Assembly (NCBI RefSeq): GCF_022045235.1
Contig: NW_027266343.1
Location: forward strand, 51,488,134 to 51,552,133
Direction of reading: 5' to 3'
From: Haliotis cracherodii
Lineage: Eukaryota
DNA length: 64,000 bases
This document shows, piece after piece, positions 25,687 to 36,818 of this stretch. The translations under genes and the position numbers were made by a program. Position 1 is the stretch's first letter; the number at the start of each line of letters is the position of its first letter. The notes under the pieces were generated by a model. It was not told the origin of the DNA, did no database searches, and saw nothing but the letters and a program-made list of their open reading frames with translations.

Positions 25687-25879
25687 GTGGGTTCGACTCC
25701 CGGTTCGCCCCGATTATGTGTCTAGGTTTGTCAGCACCATACCCGTGCTCGTGGGATTCACCGAAGTGGTAAACGTCTGAGACCTGCATCACTTCGGGCT
25801 TTCCACATTAAGCTGACACGCCACGATATAACTGAAATACTGTTAAAAGCGGCGTTAAACCCAACTCACTCACTCACTC
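25687..25879 (+). mobile_element. SINE family A, 5'-truncated
   Basis: Starts inside the B-box region. TSD attactcgaaa flanks both ends. Confidence 0.8.
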
Positions 25880-26989
25880 ATTACTCGAAACGTTCCACAA
25901 AAGAAAAGTGTGGCCGGGCTAACATATGCAAACATAGCCCATGTGCTGTGTCGCTGGCAAATAATTGTTAGTTGAGTTTTTTTGTACCCTGCAAGATGCA
26001 TCTTTGCTTCATCACTAACGTGTAAGCAGGCAGGAACTGCAAGACATGAAATGCTACACTAAACGTGTTGGATGCTCTAAAAGATACCGTAACTGATTTG
26101 AATCGACGGCCTGGGGTGTGAAATGAAATGGGTGGGATGAACACGGCGGGGGAAGAGCAACGGTTGTTGTGCTTGATGGCAGTATGTTGCTAAATGCCCT
26201 ACGATGAGCAACGGGTGTTTGTGCCCTCAAGAAACTGTTCACAGATTACTCGTCCTTGTATCCAGAGATATACATTATTCCAAGGGCACCAACGTTTTAA
26301 AAAAGCTGTGTGGTTCACCTGTGGAGAGCATTTCCAAATCTGTGACCAAAATGATGTCCGACGCAATTCCATATTTTGTGACTGCAGGTGAACAATTCAC
26401 GTGTACTTGCATGTGTTTATGACGCTGCATCGGTACACCTGGTGCCATGAACACATGTTTATGATAAAATCGGAATCTGGTTTCATGAGAGATTTCATAT
26501 GTTAGTGGATATGGTTTTGTCTCTTTTGTAATATTGTAGCATTTGATCAGGACAGAGGTCAAACTGTTTGAGAAATATATTTTCATTTGACATGTCGATT
26601 TGACTAACAATGGCCCATGTTATTACTCTTCCTTTAACGAATGTATGACGTATAAAGTTATAGCACTGCTTCCAAAATAATCCTGTACATTCCAACTCAT
26701 AAATACTGAAGGATCAAGATTTACATGGTTTGGGGGAGTGTCGTATTTCTACTCACACATTCAGAAACGACTTGTTTTTCGTTATCCACACATGGTGTTG
26801 CCTGAAATATGCTGTTTGCAAATGGTGGTTAATACGAACGAATCAATATGCCTTGTTTGCCAAAACAGTTGGGTTTACCGATGTCATGACTGTTTATAGT
26901 TGGCTTTCGCCGAAATCATTATTGCATAAATGGATGAGTTTCAACTCCAAGACATATTAGTCATCAGAAAACAAGAATTGTATGTGTAC

Positions 26990-27263
26990 CTGTATCAATG
27001 AAGTCACTATGTCTGTCCACCCACTCAGGGAGGAATATTCCAAAAAATAACGACACTCCAAGTATTGTCATATTTCTGGACGAGTTCAAGTTGACATGGC
27101 TGAGGGTGGACAGGCCAATGGCCACGAGCATTCCGCTGAGGACGACCATAGTACCAGCTAGTGTCGGATCCGGAACGGTTGCTATGGCAGCACCAAATTT
27201 ACCGAAAACCGCCATCAATACAAGGATAACGCCACAGCACAGCATTACGGATCGACTCGCGGT
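26990..27263 (-). CDS. SLC23A-like: SLC23-family transporter, exon 9 (TASRSVMLCCGVILVLMAVFGKFGAAIATVPDP...VNLNSSRNMTILGVSLFFGIFLPEWVD...)
   Basis: Acceptor ttttccag|ACCGCG and donor GATACAG|gtacac. The translation aligns to SVCT2 [32 protein letters not shown]...[26 protein letters not shown]. ORF track 26964..27245. Confidence 0.9.
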
Positions 27264-27345
27264 CTGGAAAATAGGAAAGGATCAAATTAGTAGATTTCTT
27301 TTGGTAACGACATCCATATTATTTCTGTTTTTGTTATCTCAATAA

Positions 27346-27487
27346 GTGAGTGAGTGAGTTAGCATGTTTTTTCACCGCTATTGGCACCATTCCGGCAATA
27401 TCATGGCGGGGAACATTGTACCCATGTAGGGAATCGAACCCGGTTCTTCGGCGCGACGGGGGAACGCTTTAACCACTAGGCTACATC
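27346..27487 (-). mobile_element. SINE family B in the SLC23 intron between exons 8 and 9
   Basis: TSD tatctcaat on both sides. Confidence 0.8.
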
Positions 27488-28370
27488 CCCGACCCCCTCA
27501 TCTCAATGTTCAGCTTCAGAGAGATCTAGTTGTCGAAAGAAACAAAATGAAACTAAAACACAAAAAATACCTTTGGTTAAAAAAAACTAACAGCTTGATT
27601 GTTGTTTATTCTTCAAAACGATTTCGTCAACAATTTAAATTCAATATTAATAAGTAATTAATCCGCTCCTAAATTAAATCAACAATCAAATCGGAAAATA
27701 ACAAATGTTCACTGCACACTAGAACGTTGGGAAGAGCTTGTTGCTATGTGTGTAGAATTTAACCAAAAAAAACCATTCTATTTGTTCATATCTTATTTAA
27801 ACATCCGACAAATCATGTTTGGTCATCCTTTGTAACAATTGATGACAATCATGAACTCAAATCAACTGTTTAATATATGGCAAGGATTGGGCAAATGTAA
27901 ATGGACAAACGCATGCACAAAAGTTCTTTCTGGGAATAAATTGCTCACGAAAATTAATTTGAAAGCCAAACATTCAATTTTACAGTTAGACATCATGATA
28001 GAAAGGTCGTACACAGGACAAGTAAGGTAGCTTCGCCTCTGGATTCTGAAACACCAGGTGTTCTGTGGGTCAAGCGAGTTATGTCAGCCAAGACCGTTTG
28101 TTACTCAAAATAGGATCATGAAACAGTCCATAACATAAATGTTCACGTGTGAATTATCGCTAAACGATAGCATACAAATTCATGTATTAAGTAAAAACGA
28201 TTATTGTGTAAATAAATGTTAGCACCGCCTCCGATCTTGGTGCAAATTTATTTTTGTCACAAAACCGCTACACGGACATTTTACGTAAATTTACTGGTAC
28301 TGCATTAGATGTGCATAAGATAACTTACTTATTTCCCCAACATTTTCAACAGATCACTAACCATTGCACC

Positions 28371-28625
28371 TGTTAAGATCCGGGGTAGAATAGGTCTTCA
28401 GCAACCCACGCTTGCCGTCAAAGGCGACTATGCGTGTCGTAAAAGGCGGTTAACGGGATCGGGTGGTCAGGCTCGCTGACTTTGTTGTAGCATGTCATCG
28501 TATCCCAACTGCGTAGATCGATGCTCATGGTGCCAGTCACTGGATTGTCTTGTCCAAACTCAATTATTTACAGACCGCCGTCATATAGCTGTAATATTGC
28601 TGAGTGGGGTGTTAAACAGAAGAAA
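28371..28625 (+). mobile_element. SINE family C in the SLC23 intron, 12 bp from the exon-8 donor
   Basis: Body consensus. The copy ends at 28625 and the exon starts at 28637. Confidence 0.75.
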
Positions 28626-28636
28626 TAGCTCACTAA

Positions 28637-28890
28637 CCTTTGACACAGATATCGCTGCGATATTTCCACTGTATGACGTTGTAGCATGTCCCGTGCCTAT
28701 CGCTCCGCCAAGTAGTCCGCAAAGACCTTCCACCAATATGCCTCTGTTGACAGCGTGATCAGGCGGTGGGTCGATTTGACATGCTTTCGCGGTGGCAAAA
28801 TAGTCCCCCACAGATTCAATCATGGACGCGCAAAAGGCAGACAGGAATCCAACAAAAACTGCTGGACTAAATAATGGTAGTCCAAACTGA
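28637..28890 (-). CDS. SLC23A-like: SLC23-family transporter, exon 8 (GQFGLPLFSPAVFVGFLSAFCASMIESVGDYFATAKACQIDPPPDHAVNRGILVEGLCGLLGGAIGTGHATTSYSGNIAAISVSK)
   Basis: Acceptor ctattgcag| and donor CAAAG|gttagt. The span is 254 bp, phase 1 to 0. It carries the conserved SLC23 signature around IESIGDYYACARL...PPPIHAINRGI...[21 protein letters not shown]. Confidence 0.9.
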
Positions 28891-28929
28891 CCTGCAATAG
28901 AACACAGAAGTTGAAGGGTTAAAGATGTT

Positions 28930-29050
28930 GACGAGGATTTATAAGAATGAGGCACCAGGCAGAGTGAGTTCGAATCCTCGATGGGTCTCAACCCCAAAAA
29001 GTACGAGAATCCGTACTTACAAAGAAAGTGTTATCCTAAATATAACACGG
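28930..29050 (+). mobile_element. SINE family D fragment in an SLC23 intron
   Basis: gaggcaccaggcagagtgagttcgaatcctcgatgggtctcaaccccaaaaagtacgagaatccgtac. Confidence 0.55.
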
Positions 29051-29184
29051 GTTACATGTGTTCACTCTCTCAATGGCATTGTGTGTTCACAGCTTTCCGC
29101 CATGGGAGCCGTGCCCATTTACACTTGTCAGAGGGGTACACAAAGTACGTGATCTAGACTAGTTGTCGGACTTTCATTTTCTGT

Positions 29185-29350
29185 TGAAGCCTCGGTGGCT
29201 GGGTGGGTTAGATAGCTGACCTTGTGTGCTGGCGATTAGGTGCCCCACTCTGGTAGTGTGGGTTCGAATCCCGGATGGGATCATCCCCTAAAACTACTAG
29301 AATCTGTACTTCACTGAGAAAGTGTTATCCCAAACATAATATTTGTTGTA
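29185..29350 (+). mobile_element. SINE family D, most complete copy
   Basis: ggctgggtgggttagatagctgacc...gggttcgaatcccggatgggatcatcccctaaaactactagaatctgtacttcactgagaaagtgttatcccaaacataatatttgtt. Confidence 0.6.
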
Positions 29351-29607
29351 ATTTAATGGTAACGTCGCAACAAATGCCTACATTGAAAATGTGCCGGTTT
29401 CTTATCTTTACGACGATGCAAACTGTATGGGAATTGTAAATCTAAATTGTGTACATATGCCATTCGTAGGTAGTTTTCTTCCATTAAATAAAGGTCGCCT
29501 AGATATAGCTGGTATCGTGTGTAACCTGTATTAAAATGCAACAACAACGAAAAGATTCTATATATTCTGTTATACAATGTTTGGTAGACAAGGCTTCACC
29601 TGGATAC

Positions 29608-29891
29608 TGGGGGCACGGGTGGCCCAGTCGTCTAAGGCGCTGCGGATCGCTGTGCAGAGTTGCGCCCCTTGGACACGCAAGAAAACCGTGGGTTCGAATC
29701 CAGGTTCGCCCCGATTATGTTTCTAGGTTTGTCAGCACCATACCCGTGCTCGTGGGTTTCGCCGAAGTGGTAAACGTCTGAGACCTGCGTCACTTCGGGC
29801 TTTCCTCCCACATTAAGCTGACATGTCGCGATATAACTGTAATATTGTTAAAAGCGGCGTTAAACCCAACTCACTCACTCACTCACTCACT
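29608..29891 (+). mobile_element. SINE family A inserted at the exon-7 splice donor of the SLC23-like gene
   Basis: Full-length copy. The 11-bp TSD cacctggatac at 29597-29607 and 29892-29902 contains the exon-7 end (minus strand GTATCCAG|gtg). Confidence 0.85.
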
Positions 29892-29894
29892 CAC

Positions 29895-30051
29895 CTGGAT
29901 ACGGGAAGTAGAACCAGGGCGTGCGCTCTATCAGCAACATCTTCACGTCCGTCCTTGCCTTGTAGCGGATGTTATCGGGGTCGTTTGGGAAGACGTCGGT
30001 GATGGTGAGGATGGCGGAGATAGCCCACATCACCAGGATGCTCAACAGAAC
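29895..30051 (-). CDS. SLC23A-like: SLC23-family transporter, exon 7 (VLLSILVMWAISAILTITDVFPNDPDNIRYKARTDVKMLLIERTPWFYFPYP)
   Basis: Acceptor tttgcag|GTTCTG. The donor CCAG|gtgagtgagtgag is supplied by the tail of an inserted SINE-A. The translation aligns to SVCT2 [51 protein letters not shown]. Confidence 0.85.
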
Positions 30052-30135
30052 CTGCAAAGTGTCACACTTTTTTTCAGTCAGGAAGGTAATATGTGTTTAT
30101 ATATGCTGAGAAGTTCTTTCAGAGGCGACTATCAG

Positions 30136-30378
30136 TGGAATCCCATGTATTATCTGTGCAGAGTTGTCTCCCTTTGTGCACGCAGAAACCTATGGCAGTG
30201 GGTTCGAAGCCCGGTTCGCCACGATAATGCTCCTAGGTTTGTCAGCACCGTACCCGTGCTCGTAATCAAAATGGTAAACGTCTGACACCTGCATCGCTTC
30301 GTGTTTTCCTCCCACGCTGTGAAATACTGCCCAAAACGTTAAATCCAACTCACTCACTCACTCACTCACACACACAGA
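30136..30378 (+). mobile_element. SINE family A, 5'-truncated and diverged
   Basis: Homology runs from gtgcagagttg to the (cact)n(ca)n tail. Confidence 0.65.
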
Positions 30379-30904
30379 CTAATGAATAAGTAAGTTTGTG
30401 TTCTGCGGAATAGCCTATAATATGTTTTTTTATACATCGATGGCGTTGACGACTTCTTTTACCCCGAGTATTTGCGCTGCATTTTTTTACCATCTCTTCT
30501 GAACGTCTAGGTTTATTCTCTTGCAGAGTCTTTGGCGATGCTAAGTTTGAACTTTGAGTAATTGAATTGAAATTACACCCATTGCCAACTTGTTTACATG
30601 CGTTTTTATATTTTGGCGTAATTTAAATGTGAAAAATATCAAGTATATTGTTAAAGACACACTTAATTCCGTGATTTAATTAAGACATTTCTTCACAAAA
30701 ATAAGAAGGGGACATTTCTTTTATTTACATTTCCGCGAACACCTGGTCTAACCACTGACTTTCAATTCAAGTATTTTTGTTTCGCTACTTGAGTGGGCCA
30801 TCCGTCTTTGGAACAAAATCAGGTCAACAACAAATAGTTTCAATTGACGATTGTTGCAATTGCTGACGTTTGTTTTGTTTTAGTTTTTTTTATTTGGTTT
30901 TCTT

Positions 30905-31160
30905 TGTGTGTTTAACGCCGCAGTCAACAATATTTCATCTATATGACGGCGGTCTGTAAATAATCGAGTCTGGACCAGACAATCCAGTGACTGACACCAT
31001 GAGCATCGATCTACGCAGTTGGGATACGATGACATGCATCAACAAAGTCAGCGAGCCTGACCACCCGATCCCGTTAGCCGCTTTTTACGACACGCATATT
31101 CGCCTTTGACGGCTAGCATGGGTTGCTGAAGACCTATTCTATCCCGGATCTTCCCGGGCC
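30905..31160 (-). mobile_element. SINE family C in an SLC23 intron
   Basis: Body consensus. Confidence 0.75.
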
Positions 31161-31505
31161 AATTGCTGGCGTAGCTTCATTACATTGAATATGAAAAATG
31201 CTAAATGTTTGAATTTGTTTAGAAGATATAAGAATATTGTAGTCGGATACGTAGAATGTTTGCTTGGGATATATCGTAGACGAAGATCGCCTCACATTTG
31301 AACAGAAAGTGATTTTCATTCTCGATATAACACATTCTACAGTCTATTATCCCTAGGGATATGTAAATATTATACGAATACGGCCATGTGCAGACAAAAG
31401 CACGTGCAAATCATGCTGATTGAACGAGATGCACGAGATTAAACATATTTTTCCTGAATGTGACGTTTATTTTAGTTTTACAATGAATGATAAACACAAA
31501 CATAC

Positions 31506-31617
31506 CGGGAAGAGTTCAAATAACGGTAGATAGCTTCGTTTCTTCTTTCCCCTTCTCGGAAGTGGAATTTTGACATGTGGAATGTACAAGATGAAGATGA
31601 GAAGTAATGCTATCCCA
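31506..31617 (-). CDS. SLC23A-like: SLC23-family transporter, exon 6 (GIALLLIFILYIPHVKIPLPRRGKKKRSYLPLFELFP)
   Basis: Acceptor tgtttcag| and donor CCCG|gtatgt. Phase is 2 to 0. The translation aligns to SVCT2 [44 protein letters not shown]. ORF track 31467..31694. Confidence 0.85.
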
Positions 31618-31671
31618 CTGAAACAGAAAACATTAGTCAGATATGAGAGATGTTTGAACGATCTACGTAAA

Positions 31672-31775
31672 TTGGATACGATGACATGCATCAACCAAGT
31701 CTTCGAGCCTGACCACCCGAACTTTTAATCGCCTCTTACGACAAGCGCGGGTTGCTGAAGGTTAATTCTAACAAC
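31672..31775 (-). mobile_element. SINE family C fragment
   Basis: gatacgatgacatgcatcaaccaagtc...gggttgctgaag. Confidence 0.55.
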
Positions 31776-32385
31776 ATGACTGATGCGTATCTGTATAATA
31801 TCCTCCATGCCATAACGGACAAAAAATTGATGAACGTAACAGGAACGCACATTATAAATTCTTTTGTTCCCTTATTGCAGTAGAAACCAAAGTCATTACT
31901 CCGCACAGCAGACAATGTACAAACGTGTGAAAAGTGGCATTGCAATCACGATAAGATTGTAGTGAAATCAAGTCATTTGTTTCCGGATATTAATCCCAAA
32001 AGTTCAAAAATAAGAGAGTTAAAATGCCTCAAGATACGCATAAATACCAAACCGGAACTTTGGTACACCAAACGTCAAATCATCGAGAGTGTTTGCCACA
32101 TAATTTTTTATATATCTGCCAAGAAATAATATAATGAATGTTTACTCTTCTTCAAAATCTACAATAAACCGCATTAACTCGAGATATCCTTTCATTGTAT
32201 TTTCATAGTCCCTAAAGGATTTCTATCGATACGATTGGCGAAAATCGACTCTTTTGTCTTGTTCTTTTTTAATTGATGTGCTTCTTTAACTGGCTGTCAC
32301 AAAGACATTTAGTATTACCGTAGAACTGCATTTCAAAATGATATTTTAAAGATATTTTAACGTTATGTGAAATTTTCATACAAAC

Positions 32386-32567
32386 CCGAAAGAAATTTCC
32401 CAAGAAGGCCTGGATTGCGCTATTGGGATCTTGTAGAGGGAGATCCCTATGAGGGCAATGGTTGGGGCGACTGTGAGCGGCCCGATGTAACGGAGAAGCA
32501 CCCCAACTAAACCAGTAGAGCCTATCAGAATCTCCAGTATTGAAGCAGTCATCAAACTCCCCGCCAA
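32386..32567 (-). CDS. SLC23A-like: SLC23-family transporter, exon 5 (LAGSLMTASILEILIGSTGLVGVLLRYIGPLTVAPTIALIGISLY...)
   Basis: Acceptor ttttcag|TTGGCG and donor TTCGG|gtttgt. The translation aligns to SVCT2 [43 protein letters not shown]. ORF track 32376..32567. Confidence 0.85.
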
Positions 32568-33254
32568 CTGAAAAATATGACAATCTCATTAAAATAAGAT
32601 ATTTACTTCCGACTCCGAGTCAGATGTCAAGTTTATAAAACGTTTCGGCTTGCCTGGTACGGACTAACGATACCTCTCTTCGTCAACATCTGGCAAAGCC
32701 CATAGAGGTCACGTTAGATGAACCCTGAACGAACTTTGACCTACAGATCAAAAAGAAGGATGCTTGGGGATTTTAACCAGAGTTTTCAGCAGGCTTTATA
32801 AAACCCTCCGTCTTCATTTTCAGACTGACGGCCTTGAACGCCGCTTTTTTGGGCAGTTGTAGCAATGTTTGGAAAAGAACAGGGTGTAACAATATTTTTT
32901 TTTTCCTTTCCGAACTCACCGTTTACGTTCGGTTCCGTGATACAGAAGTCAGAAAGTGCTGTTCCGAATGCTTCGCTCGTTTGTACAGAGAATTATAAGC
33001 CGCTATGTAGATTGGTCGAGTAGAATGTTCACCTGATGTGACCCACTTAAAAGGGTTTCTGATATCTTCACAGAGAGTGGTACCGAATCCCAATGCTGAT
33101 TTTAATGGAACGTATCCCAATTTCTGTTAGTTCGTGGAACAAACGTGGGATACTTGTTCTGCCATGTTCTGTCACGGAATGCTTACAGGGCACAATATTG
33201 GACTCGCAAATGTACACACGTGCAATGTAGGTGTACATGTTTCCACTTGCGTGT

Positions 33255-33365
33255 ATCGATGATCATGATATCGACCACTGGATTGTCTGGTGCAGACTTG
33301 ATTATTTACAGACTGAAGTCATATAGCTGGAATATTGCTCAGCGCGCCGTTAAACAACAAACAAA
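33255..33365 (+). mobile_element. SINE family C 3' fragment
   Basis: ctggattgtctggtgcagacttgattatttacagac...gttaaacaacaaac. Confidence 0.6.
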
Positions 33366-33929
33366 ACATGGTTCTGCCCCGTGAGGATTGCGGAATTGCT
33401 CTCATCTTTAGCCACGAAAAAAACACATGGTTGAATGTTTTCTTTTGACAGGCAGTTTACTTAAAACAAACTGTATTAATGAATACATTGTAAATTCTTT
33501 GGAGTATTTTGTTCTCAATTTTAAATTGGTATTGTCAAATTGCTTATTGAGATTTTTAAGGAAGCGTCATTTCTGGTGATAGCGCAACATTATTTCCCCT
33601 GCATAATTGCACGTATGTGCTATCAAAATAAAAGTATGTTATCAACAAGGTTTTATCGATTTTTGTTTTCTCGGATTATTTGAGTATATGTTAATTTGAA
33701 TGTTAAAGTACTTGAAATGGTCAGTTTTCAATGTACACTTGTTGATATCGTGCTAATATTTCGCTGTAAACTGACAGGTCTTTTAACTATAAAACTGTTC
33801 TCAGATACGGGCAATGTGACGTTAACTTGTTACTCAATCACTCACATATAGCTAGAAGACTGCTAAAGGTACCGTTAAACAACAAACCAAAGAAACACAT
33901 TGTCTCATTTGTCTCTTTGGATCAAGAAA

Positions 33930-34225
33930 TTTACATATAATTTAAACGACAAAACCCTTTCCATACCCAAAAGAAATATCTGCAAAAAGAAAAGTCAATT
34001 GTACGATTCCGACGATATCATGAGCATGTGTTTATGAATCACTATAAAAAAGTAACTATACCAAGTGTTCGCAAAAAGGTGAGCGTATCCTGACCAATCG
34101 GTCGCACCTGTCATAAAAAAAAACATGCAAAGGCAAGTCAATTGTTAAACACGCGAACATATTGTACTAGTCAAAATAGGGAATTGCACTGAACATCATG
34201 GTTGTCACTGATGCGTCATATTTGG
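33930..34225 (-). repeat. R5 interspersed repeat copy in an SLC23 intron, abutting a SINE-C
   Basis: Collinear with 4455-4760. Confidence 0.5.
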
Positions 34226-34227
34226 TT

Positions 34228-34487
34228 GGTTGGTTTGTTGTTTAACGCCGAACGCAATATTCCAGCTATATGACGGCGGTTTGTAAATAATCGAGTCTGG
34301 ACCAGACAATCCAGTGATTAATATCATGAGCATCGATCCACGCATTTGGGATCGATGTCGTGCATCAACCAAGTCAGAGAGCCTGACCACCCGATCCCGT
34401 TAGTCGCCTTTTACGACAAGCATAGTCACCTTTTACGGCAAGCATTCGTTGCTGAAGACCTATTCTACCCCGGAATCTTCACAGGTC
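34228..34487 (-). mobile_element. SINE family C in an SLC23 intron
   Basis: Body consensus. Confidence 0.75.
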
Positions 34488-34621
34488 TCGTCACTTCAAA
34501 TTTGGAAATGTCCCCTACATGTCTACCATAAAACCTTTTGAAAGCTTTGCTGACCTTTAAGCAATGTATCGGTTTCAGTTCTGCCTTCTCTAATCAAAAC
34601 ATTTACACACATTCAATGCAC

Positions 34622-34722
34622 CTGTTTCAATTTCTCTTCTTCAGACAGCAAGGCCAGGTCTGATGTTGCCGAACCATTGAGACTGGACGTGTTGCCGCCT
34701 TGGGCCATACTGGTTAAATTGC
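34622..34722 (-). CDS. SLC23A-like: SLC23-family transporter, exon 4 (extracellular loop with NLTS/NTS/NGS N-glycosylation sequons ...EEEKLKQ)
   Basis: Acceptor ttttcaag| and donor AAACAG|gtgcat. Only one frame is open and it joins phases 1 to 0. The position matches the variable glycosylated loop of SVCTs. Confidence 0.7.
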
Positions 34723-34804
34723 CTTGAAAACGATCGTGTACAAGCATCAATATTGATATTTACGGTAAGGTGAAAAAACGTTCTACAAAGTACTCAAACA
34801 AGAA

Positions 34805-34988
34805 GTGATGCAGGTCTCAGATGTTTACCACTTCAGTGAAACCCACGAGCACGGGTATGGTGCTGACAAACCTAGAAACATAATGGGGGCGTATCGGGAT
34901 TCGAACCCACAATCATAGGTTTCTGGCGTGCCCAAGGGACGCAACTCTGCACAGCGAATCGCGGCGCCATTGACGACTGGGCCACCCG
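34805..34988 (-). mobile_element. SINE family A, 3'-truncated, minus orientation
   Basis: Reverse complement of the head ggggcacgggtggcccagtcg...gtggtaaacatctgagacc. Confidence 0.75.
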
Positions 34989-35236
34989 TGCCCCCCTTTC
35001 GTAAATAGAAAATCTGAAATGTGTAACCTATAATTGTACGTGTCATTATTTCATAATGTCTTAACCGAAAATGGAAGGGAATAATGCACTTTTTTCTGTA
35101 AATATTAGCTTCCGCGGTTATGCGGGCGTCAAATCAGCTGTTTCAACGTGGTTGTTGTAATTAGAAACCTCAGACTGAAAGATCAGAATCGAATATTTTC
35201 TAAACTCATGGCATGCGTGGAAAGGTAATATGTAAT

Positions 35237-35336
35237 GGGGTCGGTGAGGTAGCCTAGTGGTTGAAGCTATCGGTCGTCACGCCGAAGACCCGGGTTCGGT
35301 TCCCCACATGGGTACAATGTATGAAGCCAATTTCTG

Positions 35337-35371
<35 letters not shown>

Positions 35372-35415
35372 ATATTGCTGGGATATCGCTAAAAGCGGCG
35401 TATAACCATACTCAC
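35237..35415 (+). mobile_element. SINE family B carrying an internal poly-C(30) expansion, about 115 bp from SLC23 exon 3
   Basis: Head ggggtcggtgaggtagcctagtggttgaagc...; the C-run at 35340-35372 replaces the usual cccccgccg. Confidence 0.75.
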
Positions 35416-35529
35416 CATATAAGTAATGTTTTTTAGAAAATATTCGGGTTCAATATGATTTTTTCGAGTATCAAATACTCAATAACACCTGCAATTCCGT
35501 AACTCTTTCCCACTCACTCACTCACTCAC

Positions 35530-35615
35530 CATCAGGGCATTTCCACTCAGGGTTGTTCTGCAGGGCTAGAAGTGCCGGAAAGAAGGAGGCTGATGGCCCT
35601 TGATAGATCGGCAGT
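35530..35615 (-). CDS. SLC23A-like: SLC23-family transporter, exon 3 (RLPIYQGPSASFFPALLALQNNPEWKCPD)
   Basis: Acceptor ttttccag|; the donor CCTGATG|gtgagtgagtgagtgagtggg lies inside a (GTGA)n run. Phase continuity with exons 2 and 4 holds. The translation aligns to SVCT2 [27 protein letters not shown]. Confidence 0.8.
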
Positions 35616-35684
35616 CTGGAAAATATGTCCAATGGGTCAGTCACGCTGTTAATATAAATCTTGTTAACATGACTCCTACCCGTG

Positions 35685-35940
35685 AAGATCCGGGGTAGAA
35701 TAGGTCTTCAGCAACCCATGCTTGCCGTAAAAGGCGACTATGCTTGTCGTAAAAGGCGACTAACGGGATCGGGTGGTCAAGCTCGCTGACTTGGTTGATG
35801 CATGTCATCCCACTTGCGTGGATCGATGCTCATGATATTAATCACTGGATTGTCTGGTCCAGACTCGATTATTTACAAACCGCCGTCATATAGCTGGAAT
35901 AGTGCTGAGTGCGGCGTTAACCAACAAACCATCTAACCTT
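35685..35940 (+). mobile_element. SINE family C in an SLC23 intron
   Basis: Body consensus. Confidence 0.75.
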
Positions 35941-36660
35941 AGACATTTTCGTGTCTCTGGTCTGAGGCAATAGGAACTAAATCGACAAAACCCTTTCCAA
36001 GACATGGAAGGACATGCTTCGAGGACAGCATGAGTTCCACAGAGTAGCGTAAAAAGATAACGGTCGTGTTTTCTAATCAAGGACACGAAGACGCCTAACA
36101 CAGGCATTGATTGACGACAGGCAATGTCACAGTTTCCTTGGTCATAGTTTGTATTTACAATACACGGATACAGCTTTTTGAGAAAAGTGCATTTTGTGAT
36201 TTTACAATTTTTGCAACTATCTATATGAACGAATGTTTTATTGTTCAGAATGGACCATTTTGTTTTCATATGGTAAACTCAAAGTCAGTTATCGCTTTTT
36301 GAGACAATGTTAGTTCTATTCAGTGGGATCGAACCTGCAACTCTCGTATCTGTAGTCTGGTGAGTGAACCACTAGGCTAAAGAGCTGCTGATAAATCACA
36401 ATGCTTTTAAGAATCTCATTTTTTCAAGCACATGTTCGCCAGCACGAGATATATTACGTCCGTTTCCTGAGGTTCAAGGGGAGTGTTGGAATATAATTTC
36501 TTTTGATAAAGTTGTTTCAGATTTGTTACGGTTTATAAGACATATATTCTCTCAGGTTTGGTTAATAATATAAACACTAGGGGCCTGCCATCGGGTTTGT
36601 CCATCTCCCCCGTGTTGACATTGTTAACCAAACCCTCGGGTTTGCCCTTTATCTTCTCAC

Positions 36661-36818
36661 CTGATACCGACAACCGTTTGAAGTAGCGTGGTTAAGCCAC
36701 TCATCAGCAGTGTTGAGGAAAGTAGCTTCGATCTGATTGGACTGTCATAAGCTGCGCACACAGCGTCTGAGATGATGAAGGCAGTGGCTACCGTGAAGGC
36801 AAGGTTCATCATGATGTG
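36661..36818 (-). CDS. SLC23A-like: SLC23-family transporter, exon 2 (HIMMNLAFTVATAFIISDAVCAAYD...LLQTVVGIR)
   Basis: Acceptor ccccttgcag| and donor |gtgagaag were read from the sequence. Phase is 0 to 2. The translation aligns to SVCT2 [23 protein letters not shown]...TLLQTTFGCR. Confidence 0.85.

Noticed and set aside
26998-27345. 115-aa plus-strand ORF
   Set aside because: Antisense of SLC23 exon 9; no homology.
29845-30285. 146-aa plus-strand ORF
   Set aside because: It is the antisense read-through of SLC23 exon 7 plus SINE-A sequence. The exon reading on the minus strand is supported by homology and splice sites.
36296-36375. Possible tRNA gene (B-box ggttcgatccc and A-box-like tagcctagtggtt on the minus strand)
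   Set aside because: The acceptor and T stems do not pair into a cloverleaf. It is more likely a tRNA-derived SINE head fragment.
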